A stretch of 64,000 nucleotides of DNA. Source: a virus. The DNA is taken from IMG/VR virus record IMGVR_UViG_3300029305_001279. One strand, written 5' to 3'. Position 1 is the first letter of the stretch. Each line of letters begins with the position of its first letter. The notes under the pieces are model-generated. The model ran no database searches. It worked only from the letters and a program-made list of their open reading frames with translations, and was not told where the DNA came from. A program made the position numbers and the translations under genes. This document shows, piece after piece, positions 61,731 through 64,000 of this stretch.

Positions 61731-61948
61731 TGATGAAATGCACCTGCGATGTCTGCGGTAAAGTGATTTGCAGAGCGCCCTTCGGGGAGTTCGTAAAAAC
61801 CATACAGGAGGAAGCCCGTAGCCGCACCACATTGATTATCAAGGCCAGGAGCGAAGACGGTTCTTATACCAATTACGAGGATGTTTGCTGTGAATGCACG
61901 GACGGGATCCTCGCATTCATCGAAAGCCGAAAGGATGAACATAAATGA
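61730..61948 (+). CDS. small zinc-ribbon protein
   Basis: CTCDVCG...CCEC. Confidence 0.45.
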   Translation: MMKCTCDVCGKVICRAPFGEFVKTIQEEARSRTTLIIKARSEDGSYTNYEDVCCECTDGILAFIESRKDEHK

Positions 61949-62430
61949 ATTTATACGAGATTGACCAGTCGATCCTGGCTCTGGTGGATCCGGAGACAGG
62001 CGAGATCCTGGACTACGATGCCTTTTCTGAACTGCAAATGGCCAAGGAGGAGAAGATCGAGGGTATGGCCCTCTGGCACAAGAATCTGACCGCTGAGGCC
62101 GCTGCCATCCGTGCCGAGGAAATCAACCTTGCTGAGCGCCGGAAGGCCCTGGAGAAGAAGGCTGCAAGCCTGAAAGAATACCTGACCGAGCTGCTGTCCG
62201 GTACCAAGTTCAGCACCGCCCGCGTGGCCTGCTCCTTCCGAAAGTCCAAGTCCGTGGAGATCACGGACGAAGCTGAGTTCATCCGCCAAATGGAGGAAAG
62301 CCAGCACTACGAGTTCCTGAAATACAGCCCGCCGACGGTCAACCGGACGGAGATCACCAACGCCATCAAGGCAGGAAAGCCTGTACCCGGTGCCCAGCTG
62401 ATCGAGAAGAACAACCTGTCTATCAAATAA
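61945..62430 (+). CDS. Siphovirus Gp157-family protein
   Basis: MNLYEI...ILDYDAFSELQMAKEEKIEGMALWHKNL...AERRKALEKKAASLKEYL pattern, upstream of the recombinase gene as usual. Confidence 0.55.
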   Translation: MNLYEIDQSILALVDPETGEILDYDAFSELQMAKEEKIEGMALWHKNLTAEAAAIRAEEINLAERRKALEKKAASLKEYLTELLSGTKFSTARVACSFRKSKSVEITDEAEFIRQMEESQHYEFLKYSPPTVNRTEITNAIKAGKPVPGAQLIEKNNLSIK

Positions 62431-62443
62431 GGGGGATACAACC

Positions 62444-63178
62444 ATGACTGAAGCAACTAAGACCGAAGCAATCGATATCAAGTCCATGAACATCTTCCAG
62501 CGTGTGGCGGCCATCACCGCCGAGCTGGGTACCGTTGCAAAGAACCTGAGCGTCAAGGCGGGCGGCGGCTCCTACAAGGCCGTGTCCGAGCGCGATATCA
62601 TCGATGCCGTCAAGCCTCTGGAGGAAAAGTACCGGGTGTACTCTTACCCCAGCATCCGCGAGATCATCGATGACGAAATTCTGGAGGGTGAGAAGACCTA
62701 CAACGGCAACACCACGAAGACGACTACCTTCTTCACCCGGATCAAGACCGTGTATACCTTCGTGAACATCGACAAACCCGAGGAAACCTTCTCCACCATC
62801 GTGTTTTCTGAGGGCATCGATCCCGGCGACAAGGGCTCCGGTAAGGCCATGACCTACGCTGACAAGTATGCCATGATGAAGGCCTACAAGATCAGCACCG
62901 GCGACGATCCCGACCAGAACGCAAGCGAGGAGAACCGCTACACCCGCTCCGGCAACGGCAACAGAGGGAACCAGTATCAGGGCCAGTACCAGAACCAGCC
63001 CCGTCCCGGTCCCGTGTACGCCTGCCAGAAGTGCGGCAGCCAGCTTCAGGACACGAGACGCACGGACGGATCCATCATGACGGCATCCGAGCTGGCACTC
63101 TATTCCTCTCAGCGCTTCGGTGCAGTCCTTTGCCCTGACTGCCAGAGAGCAGCAACGACCAATCGCGGCCAGAAGTAA
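62444..63178 (+). CDS. ERF-family single-strand annealing protein
   Basis: GSYKAVSERDIIDAVKPLEEKY...GKAMTYADKYAMMKAYKISTGDDPD. Confidence 0.6.
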   Translation: MTEATKTEAIDIKSMNIFQRVAAITAELGTVAKNLSVKAGGGSYKAVSERDIIDAVKPLEEKYRVYSYPSIREIIDDEILEGEKTYNGNTTKTTTFFTRIKTVYTFVNIDKPEETFSTIVFSEGIDPGDKGSGKAMTYADKYAMMKAYKISTGDDPDQNASEENRYTRSGNGNRGNQYQGQYQNQPRPGPVYACQKCGSQLQDTRRTDGSIMTASELALYSSQRFGAVLCPDCQRAATTNRGQK

Positions 63179-63196
63179 ACAGAAGGAGAGAAGACC

Positions 63197-63379
63197 ATGA
63201 AAATGATCTGCGTGGAAGGCTACAAGGCCTACAGAGGGAAAATGATTATCACACCGAAGCATCCAGGAATCGAGCCCTTCGTTATGGAGGGCGACTGGAT
63301 CTACAGACCCGATACCGACTGCTGGTACGGATGCGGACGCAGCTTCTGCTCCGAGATCTGTACAACTGTAACTGAATGA
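63197..63379 (+). CDS. hypothetical small protein
   Basis: 60 aa ORF followed by a terminator. Confidence 0.45.
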   Translation: MKMICVEGYKAYRGKMIITPKHPGIEPFVMEGDWIYRPDTDCWYGCGRSFCSEICTTVTE

Positions 63380-63388
63380 TTCGTCAGA

Positions 63389-63423
63389 ACAGGCTGGAAC
63401 TACAAATTCCGGCCTGTTTTTTT
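63389..63423 (+). terminator. rho-independent terminator
   Basis: ACAGGCTGGAA-ctacaaa-TTCCGGCCTGT followed by TTTTTTT. Confidence 0.75.
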
Positions 63424-63438
63424 GTGCATTATTCCAGA

Positions 63439-63466
63439 TTGATTTATTCCAGATTTTTGGTACAAT
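63439..63466 (+). promoter_or_regulatory. promoter of cassette copy 4 (TTGATT-16-TGGTACAAT)
   Basis: Seen directly; aligns with the other three copies. Confidence 0.55.
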
Positions 63467-63527
63467 AATACCACAACACAGCAATACCACAGAAAAAGAA
63501 CCGCAAGAAAACAGGAGGAAAACAGAA

Positions 63528-63890
63528 ATGGCAAGAAACGATGATTTCAGAACTTTGGAGAAGGACGTGTACGATAAATGGGATGTCATCGAACAGATGC
63601 TCGACAGGTTCGACTGGGACTTCTTCAGTGACAGCGGAGCGGTCACGGCTCAGGGCTACGAGCTGCTGGATGATGCTTTTCAGGATTCTAGCACGAAGGA
63701 AGAAGTCGCCGCCTATGTGGCCAACGAGGTCTACGTCATGAAGAAGCGGATCAAGAACACTCAGAATACTGAGAGAGCCGCCGAGCTCCTGGCAGTTGCC
63801 AACTGGCTGATCGATTACATCCGTGAAAACTTCGAGGAAGAAATCGTGCAGGATCACGAAGAATTCTCCCGAAATTACCTCCGGGGCTGA
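63528..63890 (+). CDS. hypothetical acidic protein
   Basis: 120 aa ORF following AGGAGG. Confidence 0.5.
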   Translation: MARNDDFRTLEKDVYDKWDVIEQMLDRFDWDFFSDSGAVTAQGYELLDDAFQDSSTKEEVAAYVANEVYVMKKRIKNTQNTERAAELLAVANWLIDYIRENFEEEIVQDHEEFSRNYLRG

Positions 63891-63925
63891 TTAACAGCCC
63901 CTCCCACCTGAAAGGAGATAATACC

Positions 63926-64000
63926 ATGTGCATGAAGCATCACTATGACCGCAACCGCAAGGCCGTCCAGCAGGCTCTGGACCGCCGGAAGGAAGACGCC
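63926..64000 (+). CDS. 5' end of a hypothetical protein (partial at window edge)
   Basis: ATG 63926 lies 8 nt after AAAGGAG, and the frame is open to the window end. Confidence 0.4.
   Translation, partial: MCMKHHYDRNRKAVQQALDRRKEDA

Overview
This window reads as a nearly complete genome of a temperate, contractile-tailed (PBSX/Xkd-like) phage or phage-plasmid of a Firmicutes-type host. It is moderately GC-rich by eye. Every convincing gene except one, a large serine recombinase, is on the + strand.

Gene order:
- 1-6600: early and regulatory genes (YkgJ-like, MazG-like, Myb-like, sigma-r4-like and HTH proteins).
- 6600-8350: a Rep/prim-pol-like gene flanked by repeat clusters, a candidate origin.
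- 8375-13157: RecU, a possible small terminase, and two C5 DNA methyltransferases.
- 13158-14118: a ~540 nt ORF-poor structured region containing a non-canonical tRNA-like element, then tRNA-Thr, tRNA-Gly and tRNA-Lys.
- 14211-17558: TerL and portal.
- 17564-23448: an inserted block with a CotH-type fibre, a G2-type spike and an amidase.
- 23569-31297: MuF, then a 6.6 kb array of head-cargo polyprotein genes (three JAB-like modules, LigT, XkdF protease, an ADP-ribosyltransferase).
- 31357-50194: scaffold, capsid and connector genes, then sheath, tube, chaperone, tape measure, baseplate, fibres and holin.
- 50200-64000: a second early region (Lar, DUF551, YopX, SleB-like hydrolase, SSB, ParA plus RHH, recombinase, AbrB-like, macrodomain, Gp157, ERF), driven by four copies of one promoter-leader cassette.

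The main result is a set of apparent translational recoding sites.
- One 12-mer, TTCCCCT(A/G)ACT(T/C), which reads UUC-CCC-stop-C, sits at three gene breaks. In each case a +1 shift restores a conserved protein: C5-MTase motif I joined to motif IV, the protease polyprotein joined to the ART toxin, and a short XkdF-like ORF joined to a Q-rich effector.
- TerL carries an in-frame TAG inside its Walker A motif, in the context GGU-UAG-CAA-GGU.
- The tail-chaperone extension also lies in the +1 frame.

All functional calls come from motif recognition by eye. No database search was run.
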